Positions 9,717-19,290 are shown, counted from the first letter of the stretch. The stretch is DNA of 64,000 nt from Candidatus Woesearchaeota archaeon (GCA_038874135.1 JAVZCZ010000001.1:160001-224000); one strand, 5' to 3'. Program-made: numbers and translations. Notes: generated from the letters alone by a model not told the origin.

Positions 9717-12374
9717 TTATTCCACTATTACTGCTGGCTTTCCCGGGAGGGCCTGTGCCTTTTTTTCTGCTGGTGCTGAGGCGGATTTTTCTGCTGTTGT
9801 TATTGTGATTTCTATTCCGAACTCTTTCTGTAGCAGGGGGGCTTCTTCGTTTAGGAATTGTAGTTCCTGCTGCTGTGTTATTTCTGCTCTTGGCAGTAGC
9901 TGCGGGTTTTTGAGTAGCCTGTTTGTTAGGGGGGCTATCTCGTTTTTGTGCTGTTCTGCCTCTTTGAGTGTGAGGGTGTTTCTTATTATTTCTCCCTGGT
10001 TTCTCGTTTTTTGCAGCTCTTCGTATATTTTTGTTACTACTCTGTACTTCCAGGATTCTGCTGTTATCAGGGTTGCCTTTTTTGGTTCTTTTCCGGTTTT
10101 TTCCCTTACGAGTTTTAGGACTGCCCTTATGTCTTCCTTTGCTTTTTCAGTTCTGTCTTCCAGTTCTTCTATGCTTGGGTTTATCTTCTTTTCGTCAAAC
10201 TTTGGCCACTCTTCTAGGCTTATGAATGTGTTTTTGCCTATTCTGTGCCAGAGTTCTTCTGCGCTGTGCGGGCAGAATATGGAGAACATTTTTAGGAGCT
10301 CTTCGTAGTGCTTTCGGGGTATTCCCCTTGCTGTGTAGTAGTCTATCGCTTTTATGATTGAGATTATGGCTCTGGGGTAGTCAAAGTTGGATACAGCTTC
10401 TGTTACCTCTTTTATGGTTGTGTTGATCCTGTGCTCGTCCCTGGCTGTGGCGTTTTCCCTTATCTTGTCGGATAGTGCGAACATTCGTAGGATTACCCTG
10501 TAGCTTCCTTCAACTCCATTGTCGCTCCATTCCATCTGTTTGTCCGGGGCGGCTACGAACATTAGGAATAGCCTTGCGGTGTCTATGCCGTATTTTTCTG
10601 AGATTTCTGTTTGGAATACTACATTTCCGAAGCTCTTGCTCATCTTGTGCCCGTCCTTGTAGACTATTCCCTGGTTGAATAGCCTCTTGAACGGCTCTGA
10701 GAAGTTTACATATCCAAGGTCTCGTAGCACTCTGGTGAAGAACCTTGCGTATATTAGGTGCATCACTGCGTGTTCCGCTCCTCCTATGTATTGATCCACG
10801 GGCATCCAGTAGCGTACTGCTTCTTCGGAGAATGGCTTGTCCTTCTCTTTTGGGGAGCAGAATCTTAGGAAGTACCAGGAGGAATCTACGAAGCCGCCCA
10901 TAGTGTCTGTTTCCCTCTTTGCATTTGAGCCGCACTTTGGGCATTTGACATTTACGAATTCCTTATTGCTCAGGAGCGGGTTTTCCCTGGCTGTGAAGTC
11001 AACCTCTTTTGGAAGCAGGACTGGCAGCTCCTCTTCGGGAACTGGAACTATGCCGCATTTGGGGCAGTGTATCACCGGTATTGGGGTTCCCCAGTAGCGC
11101 TGTCTGGAGATTAGCCAGTCCCTTATCTTGTAGTTTACAACCCTTCTTCCTATGCCCCTCTTCTCAGCAAGATCTGCTAGGCGTTGTATTGCCTCCTCGC
11201 TGCTGAGCCCTGAAAACTCTCCCGAGTTTATCAGCGTGCCGTACTCAGTGTACGCCCTCTCGCTTATGTCAGCTCCAGGCCCGGTTATCACCTGCTTTAT
11301 TGGTATGTTGAACTTCTTTGCAAAGTCGTAGTCGCGCTGGTCGTGAGCTGGAACCGCCATCACCATTCCTGAGCCGTAATCAGCTATTACGAAGTTTCCA
11401 GCATAGACCGGAATCTTTTCTCCTGTTATTGGATTTTCAGCATAGGCTCCTGTGAAGACGCCGTCCTTTTCCAGAAGTGCCTTTTCATCCTCGCTTAATG
11501 CCCTCCTGCAGCGCTTTACGAACTCTTCAACCTCTTTTTTATGCTCAGGAGTGCATATCTGCATCAGCCCGGGATGGTCTGCTGCAACTACCATGAATGT
11601 TACTCCGAAGATTGTGTCAATCCTCGTAGTGAATACCGGCCAGGCCTTGCCGTTTATTTTGAAGTTTATTTCAACCCCTTCTGACCTTCCAATCCAGTCT
11701 GACTGCATCTTTTTTATCTTCTCAGGCCATTCCAGCTCTTCAAGGCCGTCTAACAACTCCTGAGCGTAGGCTGTTGTCTTCATGAACCACTGCTCCAGCT
11801 CCTTCTTTACAACCTCTGTGCCGCACCGCCAGCACTTTCCCCCTTCTGCCTCCTCATTTGCCAGGACTGACTCGCACTGGGGACACCAGTTTACTGGGGC
11901 TTTCTTCCTGTACGCTAAGCCCCTTTCAAGCATTTTGAGGAAGAAGAGCTGATTCCACATGTAGTATTCTGGATCGCAGGTTGAGATCACCCTGCTCCAG
12001 TCGTAGCTGTTGCCCAGTGCCTTCTGGTATTCCATTATCTTTTCTATGGCTTTCTTCGTGTATTCTGCGGGGTGTATGCCGCTCTTCTTGGCAGCGTTCT
12101 CTGCTGGAAGCCCGAAGGAATCATACCCCATCGGGTAGAGCACGTTGAAGCCGTTCATCCGTTTGAATCTGGCGAACACGTCTCCAATTGTGTAGTTTCT
12201 GACATGGCCCATGTGCAGGAAGCTGGCGCTTGGGTATGGGAACATTTCAAGAACGTAGTATTTCTTCTTTGCAGGATCCTCGCTGACCCTGAATACTTGG
12301 TGTTTCTCCCACTCGGCCTGCCACTTTTTTGAAATCTCGTTTAGGTCTATGCCTTTAGATTCCTGCACTGCCAT
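9717..12374 (-). CDS. leuS: leucine--tRNA ligase
   Basis: 'MFPYPS..LHMGH', CP1 editing 'FTTR..T', 'GMVMAVPAHDQRD', 'ISRQRYWG', 'KMSKS'. Confidence 0.96.
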   Translation of the reverse strand: MAVQESKGIDLNEISKKWQAEWEKHQVFRVSEDPAKKKYYVLEMFPYPSASFLHMGHVRNYTIGDVFARFKRMNGFNVLYPMGYDSFGLPAENAAKKSGIHPAEYTKKAIEKIMEYQKALGNSYDWSRVISTCDPEYYMWNQLFFLKMLERGLAYRKKAPVNWCPQCESVLANEEAEGGKCWRCGTEVVKKELEQWFMKTTAYAQELLDGLEELEWPEKIKKMQSDWIGRSEGVEINFKINGKAWPVFTTRIDTIFGVTFMVVAADHPGLMQICTPEHKKEVEEFVKRCRRALSEDEKALLEKDGVFTGAYAENPITGEKIPVYAGNFVIADYGSGMVMAVPAHDQRDYDFAKKFNIPIKQVITGPGADISERAYTEYGTLINSGEFSGLSSEEAIQRLADLAEKRGIGRRVVNYKIRDWLISRQRYWGTPIPVIHCPKCGIVPVPEEELPVLLPKEVDFTARENPLLSNKEFVNVKCPKCGSNAKRETDTMGGFVDSSWYFLRFCSPKEKDKPFSEEAVRYWMPVDQYIGGAEHAVMHLIYARFFTRVLRDLGYVNFSEPFKRLFNQGIVYKDGHKMSKSFGNVVFQTEISEKYGIDTARLFLMFVAAPDKQMEWSDNGVEGSYRVILRMFALSDKIRENATARDEHRINTTIKEVTEAVSNFDYPRAIISIIKAIDYYTARGIPRKHYEELLKMFSIFCPHSAEELWHRIGKNTFISLEEWPKFDEKKINPSIEELEDRTEKAKEDIRAVLKLVREKTGKEPKKATLITAESWKYRVVTKIYEELQKTRNQGEIIRNTLTLKEAEQHKNEIAPLTNRLLKNPQLLPRAEITQQQELQFLNEEAPLLQKEFGIEITITTAEKSASAPAEKKAQALPGKPAVIVE

Positions 12375-12446
12375 TTTGGAACCCCTATTTAGTTTTAAGT
12401 TTGTTGAGAGATTTGAGATAGTATTTAAAACTTTTTTATCCTTTGC

Positions 12447-12812
12447 CTATCCTAGCTTCTGGTATCTGAACTCTATGGTGTCTCCAGCTTTCGGAGTGTA
12501 TGCTGAGGCTGATTCTGATGCGAGCCTGCCGTTGATGTAGAATGCCCAGAAGTATTTTGAGTCTGAGCACACCTCATCTATGCACTTTATGAATATGCCC
12601 AGGTTGGAGTATGACTGAGTTTTTACTCTGTGTAGTGAGGCTAGTACTTGAAGTGCGTTCTGTTCTGAAGTGGTGAAGCTCTCCCTTGTTGTGTTTCCGA
12701 TGGTCACTATTATCAGTGTTGCTTCTCCGGATTTGCTGGTAATCCTTTTTGAGCAGCCTGAAGATATGAGCAGGTTCAGAACTATTAGGATGAGGATTAG
12801 CTTCTTATTCAT
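12447..12812 (-). CDS. DUF4430 (transcobalamin-like C-terminal domain) lipoprotein
   Basis: Signal peptide with lipobox-like 'SSGC'; 'G.FI..ID.V...YFWAFYING......A..Y....GDTIEFRY'. Confidence 0.75.
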   Translation of the reverse strand: MNKKLILILIVLNLLISSGCSKRITSKSGEATLIIVTIGNTTRESFTTSEQNALQVLASLHRVKTQSYSNLGIFIKCIDEVCSDSKYFWAFYINGRLASESASAYTPKAGDTIEFRYQKLG

Positions 12813-13236
12813 CTAGTCCCTCTATTGGAAGCTTTCCTTTTCCCTTTTTTATCTCCTTCATCTTTTTGGTTATGTCTATTGTGGCATTACACTTTTGGCA
12901 TTTGAACCTCAAAGTCTGCACGCCGTTTACATTTTTTCTCTTGAACGGAACCTGTATTTCCCCCTTATAGCCGCAGGAAGGGCAGGTGTATTCTATGTTT
13001 GCGGTGAGGGTGTCTTCGTATGCGTTTTTTTCCATTTTGAAGCCGCAGGACTGGCAGACATACTCTTTCGCTCTTATCATTACCTTTCCGCTGTTGTCTC
13101 GCGGCTTGCCCATGAGGGACTTGCCACACTTTGGGCACTTCTCTCTGAAAACCCAGCACCTCACGCTTCCAGTGCCGATCTGCCTGTCAGTGTAGTACAC
13201 GAGTTCTTCCATGCTCTGGGGCTGTTTCAGTGTCAT
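12805..13236 (-). CDS. zinc-ribbon protein (four CxxC pairs)
   Basis: CPKC, CQSC, CPSC, CQKC. Confidence 0.7.
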   Translation of the reverse strand: MTLKQPQSMEELVYYTDRQIGTGSVRCWVFREKCPKCGKSLMGKPRDNSGKVMIRAKEYVCQSCGFKMEKNAYEDTLTANIEYTCPSCGYKGEIQVPFKRKNVNGVQTLRFKCQKCNATIDITKKMKEIKKGKGKLPIEGLDE

Positions 13237-13511
13237 TTTCTCACTCCAGTATTGTTTGTTGAGTTTGAAGTGTTGATTTCAGGAGTCCATCTGAGCCTTA
13301 CAGCGTATCCTACAACCTGAGCAGTGTTCTTTCCCAGCTGAAATAGCCATCTGCCGAACTTTCCTGCGAATAGCAGGGCTCCCTCCTTGGTTGCAAGGTT
13401 GTACTGGTATGCGCTTATTATCATAAGTGCCCCCACTATTAAGAAGGCCACTATCAGAACTGTTAATACTCCGCCCTTTCTTTTCATGCTCGGTTTGGAA
13501 TTTAGTGGCAT
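13233..13511 (-). CDS. small membrane protein
   Basis: 92 aa with one N-terminal TM; overlaps next gene by 4 nt. Confidence 0.55.
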   Translation of the reverse strand: MPLNSKPSMKRKGGVLTVLIVAFLIVGALMIISAYQYNLATKEGALLFAGKFGRWLFQLGKNTAQVVGYAVRLRWTPEINTSNSTNNTGVRK

Positions 13512-13536
13512 ATAAAAATTTTGCTGAACACGATGT

Positions 13537-14130
13537 TTATTTCATTATTGCAAGTATCCCTTGAAGTATAAATTCAACAGCTATTGCAGTCAGCACTAAG
13601 CCCAGTATTTTTGAGAGTATTTCAGTTCCCTGCTTTCCAAGAATCCTAAGCATTGCCCCCGCGTTATGAAATATTATCCAGGTTATCGCGATGCTGAGGG
13701 TGCCTGCCAGTAGCCCTAAGAAGAGCCCATATCTCATAACTACTATTATTGCTGCTGTTAAGACTCCAGGCCCTGTTATTAGCGGAGTTGCCAGTGGAAC
13801 AACTGCTATCTTGTAGCCTTCCAGCTGTTCTTTTCTGAACTGAAGGTCAAGAACTATTTCTATGCCCATTATGAGGAGTATTATGCCGCCAGCAATTTTG
13901 AAGCTGTCAATTGTGATTCCGAAGAATTGTAGGATGTATCTTCCGAATAGCATGAAGAGCATTAGGACTGCGAAGGCTATGCAGACTGCATTTTTAACTA
14001 TGCGCCGCCTCTCTCTTTCTGAGTAGTTTTTTGTGAGCCCTATCAGTACGGGCACACTTCCGAATGGGTCCATTATCACAAATATGGATAGGAATGCCCT
14101 TATGAATTCTGAAATTAGGCTGAGCTGCAT
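13537..14130 (-). CDS. MarC family membrane protein
   Basis: 'IMDPFG', 'FKIAGGIIL', 'PLATPLITGPG'. Confidence 0.92.
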   Translation of the reverse strand: MQLSLISEFIRAFLSIFVIMDPFGSVPVLIGLTKNYSERERRRIVKNAVCIAFAVLMLFMLFGRYILQFFGITIDSFKIAGGIILLIMGIEIVLDLQFRKEQLEGYKIAVVPLATPLITGPGVLTAAIIVVMRYGLFLGLLAGTLSIAITWIIFHNAGAMLRILGKQGTEILSKILGLVLTAIAVEFILQGILAIMK

Positions 14131-14317
14131 ATCTCTCAGGAACTCCTCATTATTTAAAAAGGTTGCGGAGTATTAGAAATCAGGTGCCTTTCTTTTCAAC
14201 TAATTTTTTTAAGTGTGAAACGGTTTCAAAAAATCCTGTAAATTGGCTTTTGCATATGGAAAAGTTTATAACTTGTTAAATCTTAAAAATCAAAAATATA
14301 AAAAAGAGGGTGATGAG

Positions 14318-14650
14318 ATGGCTGAAGAGAACTTGGAAGAGAGCATACAGCTTGGCGGCAACATTGAGCTTTCAGGATTCTCATTCCTGGACAAGGCGCA
14401 GATGGTTGTGGTTAAGAAGATTGTAGGGAACTATGCAAGAAAGCTTTCTGAGCTTGTAAGCAGTTTTGAGCGCCTATCCATAAATGTAAAGAAGATTCAC
14501 GCAGTGGAGCAGTCTGAGAATTATGAGATAAATGCTAGGCTGTTTGCCAATAAGCAACAGTATCACGCTTCTGAAACTGACAGGAACATATTCTTCGGAA
14601 TAGATAAAGTTCTGAAAAAGATTGAGGGGATTGTGAGAAAAGAGGATTAA
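14318..14650 (+). CDS. hypothetical protein, HPF/RaiA (ribosome hibernation factor)-like
   Basis: SD GAGGGTGA before ATG; C-terminus 'HASETDRNIFFGIDKVLKKIE' resembles the HPF terminal helix. Confidence 0.5.
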   Translation: MAEENLEESIQLGGNIELSGFSFLDKAQMVVVKKIVGNYARKLSELVSSFERLSINVKKIHAVEQSENYEINARLFANKQQYHASETDRNIFFGIDKVLKKIEGIVRKED

Positions 14651-14692
14651 AATTTTTGAAAAAAGAAAGTTTTTAATTATTAAACTACGAGA

Positions 14693-14791
14693 TTACCATT
14701 CCTCATCTTCGTCTCCGTAGTTGTCTTCATCATCTTCTTCATCATAGTCATCCTCTTCTTCATCCTCGTAGAGGTGCTTCTCAAAGTACAT
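14693..14791 (-). CDS. 32-aa hyper-acidic small protein
   Basis: MYFEKHLYEDEEEDDYDEEDDEDNYGDEDEEW*, preceded by a strong SD GGAGGTGA; below the ORF-track cutoff. Confidence 0.7.
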   Translation of the reverse strand: MYFEKHLYEDEEEDDYDEEDDEDNYGDEDEEW

Positions 14792-15030
14792 TTCCCTTCT
14801 CACCTCCCCGCCTAAAAGCGGCGTTCAATGGGCATTCCATAAAGCGCAAAACTTTCACATTCCTGTACTGGATTAGGGAGTATAGTTTAAAAGCTTAAAC
14901 TCGCTTAACAGCTTCCCTACATTAATTTTAAGGCATATTTAAAGATATCGCTTCTGCAAATTAGATTTTACAAAGCAACAGGGGAAAAGCTTTAAAAATC
15001 AGTTGAGCATCTAGAGGTTGGGGGTGTGAA

Positions 15031-15759
15031 ATGGAGGCTGAAAAGTCAATAGTTAAACTCTGGCTTGAAAGCAGGGGCTTCTTCACAATAAGCGACATAA
15101 ATGCGGGCAAGAGCGTAATTGACATCTTAGCAGTCAAATTTTCAGGAAGGGAAGTTGAACAGGTGCAGCACATTGAGGTAAGCTGCTCACTAAAAGGAGA
15201 GCTTCCAATTTCAGAATATAGAAAGAGGTTTGACGGCCCTGGCATAAGGAAGAGGATTGCTGAAGTTTTAAGAGAGTATGCTTCCAGCGTTGAAAACTGG
15301 GAGGACGTGCTGGTCACTAATGCTTCAATAGCTTCCGAAAGCCTGGAAGGCGTCAAGGTTGTGCAGTTCAGCTCAGTACTACAAGATGTCATGAGTAGAT
15401 TGGACACTCAGAATTATCAGAACAACACTCTAAGAACGCTTCAACTCGTGAAATACACCTATCTCAGGCCTGATCTGATTAGGAGCCTTAAGGGGAAGAA
15501 GTTCAGGAAGGCTTTAAAGAGCATTGCTATAGAGCACCTATCAGCTGATGAGGTTATAAAGCGGCTCTCTGCAGATGAGTCTGCTGTTGAGAGGATTCTT
15601 AGAAGGTCAAATCTTAGAAGTGACACCAAGAGGCTGGGCTCCCTACTAAAGCGCATACTTACAACTGCTGAGAGGAAGGCGCTCTCTGAAGAGATAATGA
15701 CTTCAGAGCAGAAGAGGCGCAGGAAGGTTAAGGAGAAGAAGCTTAGCTCATTCCTGTAA
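15031..15759 (+). CDS. hypothetical protein with PD-(D/E)XK-like N-terminal fold
   Basis: 'E..VKLWLESRGF', 'IDILAVK', 'HIEVSCS'. Confidence 0.55.
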   Translation: MEAEKSIVKLWLESRGFFTISDINAGKSVIDILAVKFSGREVEQVQHIEVSCSLKGELPISEYRKRFDGPGIRKRIAEVLREYASSVENWEDVLVTNASIASESLEGVKVVQFSSVLQDVMSRLDTQNYQNNTLRTLQLVKYTYLRPDLIRSLKGKKFRKALKSIAIEHLSADEVIKRLSADESAVERILRRSNLRSDTKRLGSLLKRILTTAERKALSEEIMTSEQKRRRKVKEKKLSSFL

Positions 15760-16713
15760 TTACTTAAATTTCATTATCCTTCCCGGAAAGTCCTTCTGCA
15801 TAAGGAGCACTACCCTGCTGTTCTCCTTTTCATCCACAAGCTTGTAGCCGCAGTGCCTTCCAATTTCAAGAGCAAAATTCACGATTTCTTTGTGAGAGGG
15901 CATGTTCTCCATGGTGAGCCTCTCCCGTGAGAAGCCAACATACATGTAAGCCTTCGCTTCCACAAACAGGGGATTAGCCTTTCTGATAAGCTCAGCATAC
16001 TTCTCGGGGCTGTGCATGTTAAGGCCCTTCACGAGGGTCATTCTTATTGTAGTCCTCGTCTTATCCCTCAGAGAGGCCATCAGTTCTAATGATTTGTTCA
16101 GGCGCTTCCATGCGTCTTTAAAGGATGGTGCAGCGGTTTTCAGGTATGTTGCCTCGTCAGGTGCAGTTAGTGAGATGTACAGCTGGGTTGGTAGGTTTTT
16201 TAGTTTTGCTAGAGTTTCTGGAAACTGCCCGTTTGTTACCAGAAATGTGGTTTTTCCCCTCTTGTGTAGAAGTCCAATGAGCTCGTCCAGCTTGGGATAG
16301 GATGCTGGCTCTCCTGCTAGGGATATTGCGAAGTGCATCGGCTCCATTGCAGCTGTTACCTTCTTCTGGTTAGCTTTTGGATTTCCCGGAAAGCCTGAGA
16401 GCAGCTTCCTCTGGGCTGCTATTGAGCCCTCTATTATATCGTTTGGCTCATCCACTTCTGCATCTGGAATTTCTGAGCCGGATGTGAGTTCAATTGAACG
16501 CCAGCAGAAGCTGCACCTGTTTGGGCAGTAATCCACAGCAGGAGTCATCTGGCAGCACAGGTGGCTTCTTATGCCGTAAAATTTCTGCTTGTAACAGAAG
16601 TCCTCGTCTCTAAGCGCCTTCTTAGTCCAGGTGCATATCTTAACAGCGGAGTGCTTTCCAACTATTGCATAGTTCTGCCTTTCCAGAGCCCTTTTAAGTT
16701 TTGAATCAACCAT
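15760..16713 (-). CDS. taw1: 4-demethylwyosine synthase (Taw1/Tyw1, radical SAM)
   Basis: 'HSAVKICTWTK', 'CYKQKFYGI.SH.C.QMTP', 'CPNRCSFCWR'. Confidence 0.95.
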   Translation of the reverse strand: MVDSKLKRALERQNYAIVGKHSAVKICTWTKKALRDEDFCYKQKFYGIRSHLCCQMTPAVDYCPNRCSFCWRSIELTSGSEIPDAEVDEPNDIIEGSIAAQRKLLSGFPGNPKANQKKVTAAMEPMHFAISLAGEPASYPKLDELIGLLHKRGKTTFLVTNGQFPETLAKLKNLPTQLYISLTAPDEATYLKTAAPSFKDAWKRLNKSLELMASLRDKTRTTIRMTLVKGLNMHSPEKYAELIRKANPLFVEAKAYMYVGFSRERLTMENMPSHKEIVNFALEIGRHCGYKLVDEKENSRVVLLMQKDFPGRIMKFK

Positions 16714-16758
16714 TTTTCAGCAGGGTGTAATTGAAAATATAAAAAGGTGTTTGTGCAA

Positions 16759-17082
16759 TCAAAGTTTTTCTGAAAGCTCCCCGTAGCCGTATTTCTTGAA
16801 GAATTCCTTCCACTTGGGAATAAGAGCGGAATGCTCTCTATAAGAAGATTCTTTAAGGTATTTAACGAAGCTTTCAGCTATCCTTATTGTTGTATCATCT
16901 CTCAGATGGTACGGCACACTCTTTTTAAGATAAGATGCCATTCCAGCGATGAGCTGGCTTTGTGAAGTGTACCTGCTGTACGGTCTGAGCTGGTTGTCCA
17001 GCGCTGCAAGTATCTCTTCCAGGTCTCTCTCGCTGAAATCTGGCTTCTGCTCCTTCCTTCTTATAAAGTCAAACATTTGCAT
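16759..17082 (-). CDS. hypothetical protein
   Basis: 107 aa ORF with upstream TATA-like AAAACTTTATATA. Confidence 0.6.
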   Translation of the reverse strand: MQMFDFIRRKEQKPDFSERDLEEILAALDNQLRPYSRYTSQSQLIAGMASYLKKSVPYHLRDDTTIRIAESFVKYLKESSYREHSALIPKWKEFFKKYGYGELSEKL

Positions 17083-17204
17083 CGCCTCTCAATTTTTGAA
17101 ATGAAAAATTACAGAGATCAGTATATAAAGTTTTGGATTCATATTTTCTGAGCTTAAAAATGATAAAATTTATTAAACAGAGGCAATTCCAGGAGTGATT
17201 TGAC

Positions 17205-17290
17205 GCGGGGGTATCAAAGCCTGGTCAAATGAGCTAGGTTCAGGGCCTAGTCCCTTAGTGGGTTCGAGGGTTCAAATCCCTTCCCCCGCA
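17205..17290 (+). tRNA. tRNA-Leu(CAG)
   Basis: Acceptor GCGGGGG/CCCCCGC, anticodon arm CTAGG-TTCAGGG-CCTAG, long variable arm, T-loop GGTTCAAATCC. Confidence 0.95.
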
Positions 17291-17372
17291 CTTAATTCTA
17301 AAAATTTTAATACTTTAAAGTAGTAAAAAAATCAAAAGTTTTATATACCAAAATATAATCCCTGTTTGATAT

Positions 17373-18287
17373 GTGCAGGTGAAGGGTATGGAAGAATACA
17401 GATCCCCTTTTATTATTAAAACACATATAAAAGCATTAGTGGAAGGAAACAAAGTATATTTTAATGTTGAGATACCTCGCAACGAAGAAGTGGTCTATTC
17501 TGAATCAGTAAGAAGCAGAAATTATATAAGGTGTGCTGAAGAGTTGGCTAAAAGAGTAACAGAGCTTCTTAATGGGCAGAGTACAAATCTTGATTCAGAA
17601 AAATGCCCCATATACTATGCTAAAGGCGGAGCTCTTCAGATAGATGGCAGCGGGAATGCAATACTAATAAAAGAGAATGATAAATTAACCTTTCCTAATT
17701 CTAAAATCCTAAAGGCAGAAGACATGTTGAATCCAGCAAAGATAATGTCAAGACCTGCCCTAGAAGATATTATCCTATTAGACAATGGAAATGTGCTAGT
17801 ACCGAAAGTGAAGGATGAAATTTATAATGATTTTATTGAAAGTACAGTGTTAAATGCTGTTAAGATGTTTGCTTCAGGAGGCATAATGAATCCTTACGGG
17901 ATTGAATATGCTAATGCTTTAGTATTATCAGATGATAGGAATATTGTCTCAGTAGCCATAAGATATACTGATGGAGAGATTAAGCTTGGAAGTACCCCTG
18001 CAATAGTTAATATAAACTCCGATAAATTTTTGATGGAGATGTACAGCATTCTGAAATACAAAGATGTTAATTTCAATAGTATAGTGCCGCAGAGGGTCTT
18101 CTGGGAAAAGCATAATCCAGAAAAGGATCAAGTATATATTGTTAACTTAGAAGAGCTCTATAACGCAAGCATAGGTGACAAGATTAAATTGGTGGAGAGC
18201 TACGGAAGTTACAAGCGTGATTTAATAGAGCTATATAATCCATCCGCTGAACTTAGAATAGTGCTAGATTTCCTCAAGTATTACTAA
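17373..18287 (+). CDS. hypothetical protein
   Basis: 304 aa AT-rich ORF directly downstream of tRNA-Leu. Confidence 0.7.
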   Translation: MQVKGMEEYRSPFIIKTHIKALVEGNKVYFNVEIPRNEEVVYSESVRSRNYIRCAEELAKRVTELLNGQSTNLDSEKCPIYYAKGGALQIDGSGNAILIKENDKLTFPNSKILKAEDMLNPAKIMSRPALEDIILLDNGNVLVPKVKDEIYNDFIESTVLNAVKMFASGGIMNPYGIEYANALVLSDDRNIVSVAIRYTDGEIKLGSTPAIVNINSDKFLMEMYSILKYKDVNFNSIVPQRVFWEKHNPEKDQVYIVNLEELYNASIGDKIKLVESYGSYKRDLIELYNPSAELRIVLDFLKYY

Positions 18288-18345
18288 TGCTTAGTCCCAA
18301 TTTTTTGCTGGAAAGATTTTTATTTTAAACAATACTCTGTTAGTT

Positions 18346-19290
18346 ATGCTTCCGCGAAGTATTTTCAAGAAGGGACTATTCTTAGCCCCAATGGCTCTCT
18401 ATTCTGATTATGGCTTGAGGAGATTATGCTTTGAATACGGGGCTGACTACACCTTTACCGAGATGATAAGTGCCCACACAATAGTTAGAAAGGATTTAGA
18501 AAAAATCAGGGAGCTTGACATTTTAGATGATGAGGTTCCAACTGGAATTCAAATATTAACCTTCAGCCCTGAAATGCTAAAGGGCGCGATAGAAAAAATT
18601 CAGCATAGCAAAATTTCTGAGAGGATTTCAAGCGTGTGCCTCAACTTGGGATGCCCAAATGTCAGGAACAACGGCGCTTTTCTTTTAAACAATTTGGAAT
18701 TAATAAGGAAACTCTTCATAGCGATGGAGACCTCTAAACTTCCGACCTCTGCAAAGATTAGGCTTGCAATAGATGAAAAGCACCTTCTAGAAAAACCATA
18801 CTTAAAGATTGCGGAATTAGCTGAAAAGCATTTGGACTTCTTAATAGTTCATGGAAGAACTCTCTCCCAAAGGTTCTCTGGAAGAGTAAATCTTGATGCT
18901 ATTCGGGAGATAAAAGAATCAGTTTCAATTCCAGTAGTGGGCAATGGCGACATAAAGAGCGGCATTGAAGCAGGGCACATGTTTAAAGAAACTGGATGCG
19001 ATGCAGTAATGATTGGAAGAGCAGCAATAAGAAAGCCGTTCATATTCAAAGAGATAAAGCACTACTTAAGAACAGGAAGTGAAATTAAAATTGACGAGAA
19101 GCAGGAGCTCCTTAAATGCGCTGTGAATTATCTAAATATGCAGAAGCAGGCTAACTTTTCAGCGTTTCAGACGAGAGTACACCTGCAAGCCCTTCTTAGG
19201 AGATTTAAGCAGCTTAACAGGCAGATCTCATTGGAGCGGACTGTTGAAGGGATGCGGACAGCGGTTCTGAAAGAGTATAACAAGCTTTGA
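18346..19290 (+). CDS. dus: tRNA-dihydrouridine synthase (Dus family)
   Basis: 'LAPM', 'TEMIS', 'NLGCP', 'HGRT', 'GNGDI', 'DAVMIGR'. Confidence 0.9.
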   Translation: MLPRSIFKKGLFLAPMALYSDYGLRRLCFEYGADYTFTEMISAHTIVRKDLEKIRELDILDDEVPTGIQILTFSPEMLKGAIEKIQHSKISERISSVCLNLGCPNVRNNGAFLLNNLELIRKLFIAMETSKLPTSAKIRLAIDEKHLLEKPYLKIAELAEKHLDFLIVHGRTLSQRFSGRVNLDAIREIKESVSIPVVGNGDIKSGIEAGHMFKETGCDAVMIGRAAIRKPFIFKEIKHYLRTGSEIKIDEKQELLKCAVNYLNMQKQANFSAFQTRVHLQALLRRFKQLNRQISLERTVEGMRTAVLKEYNKL

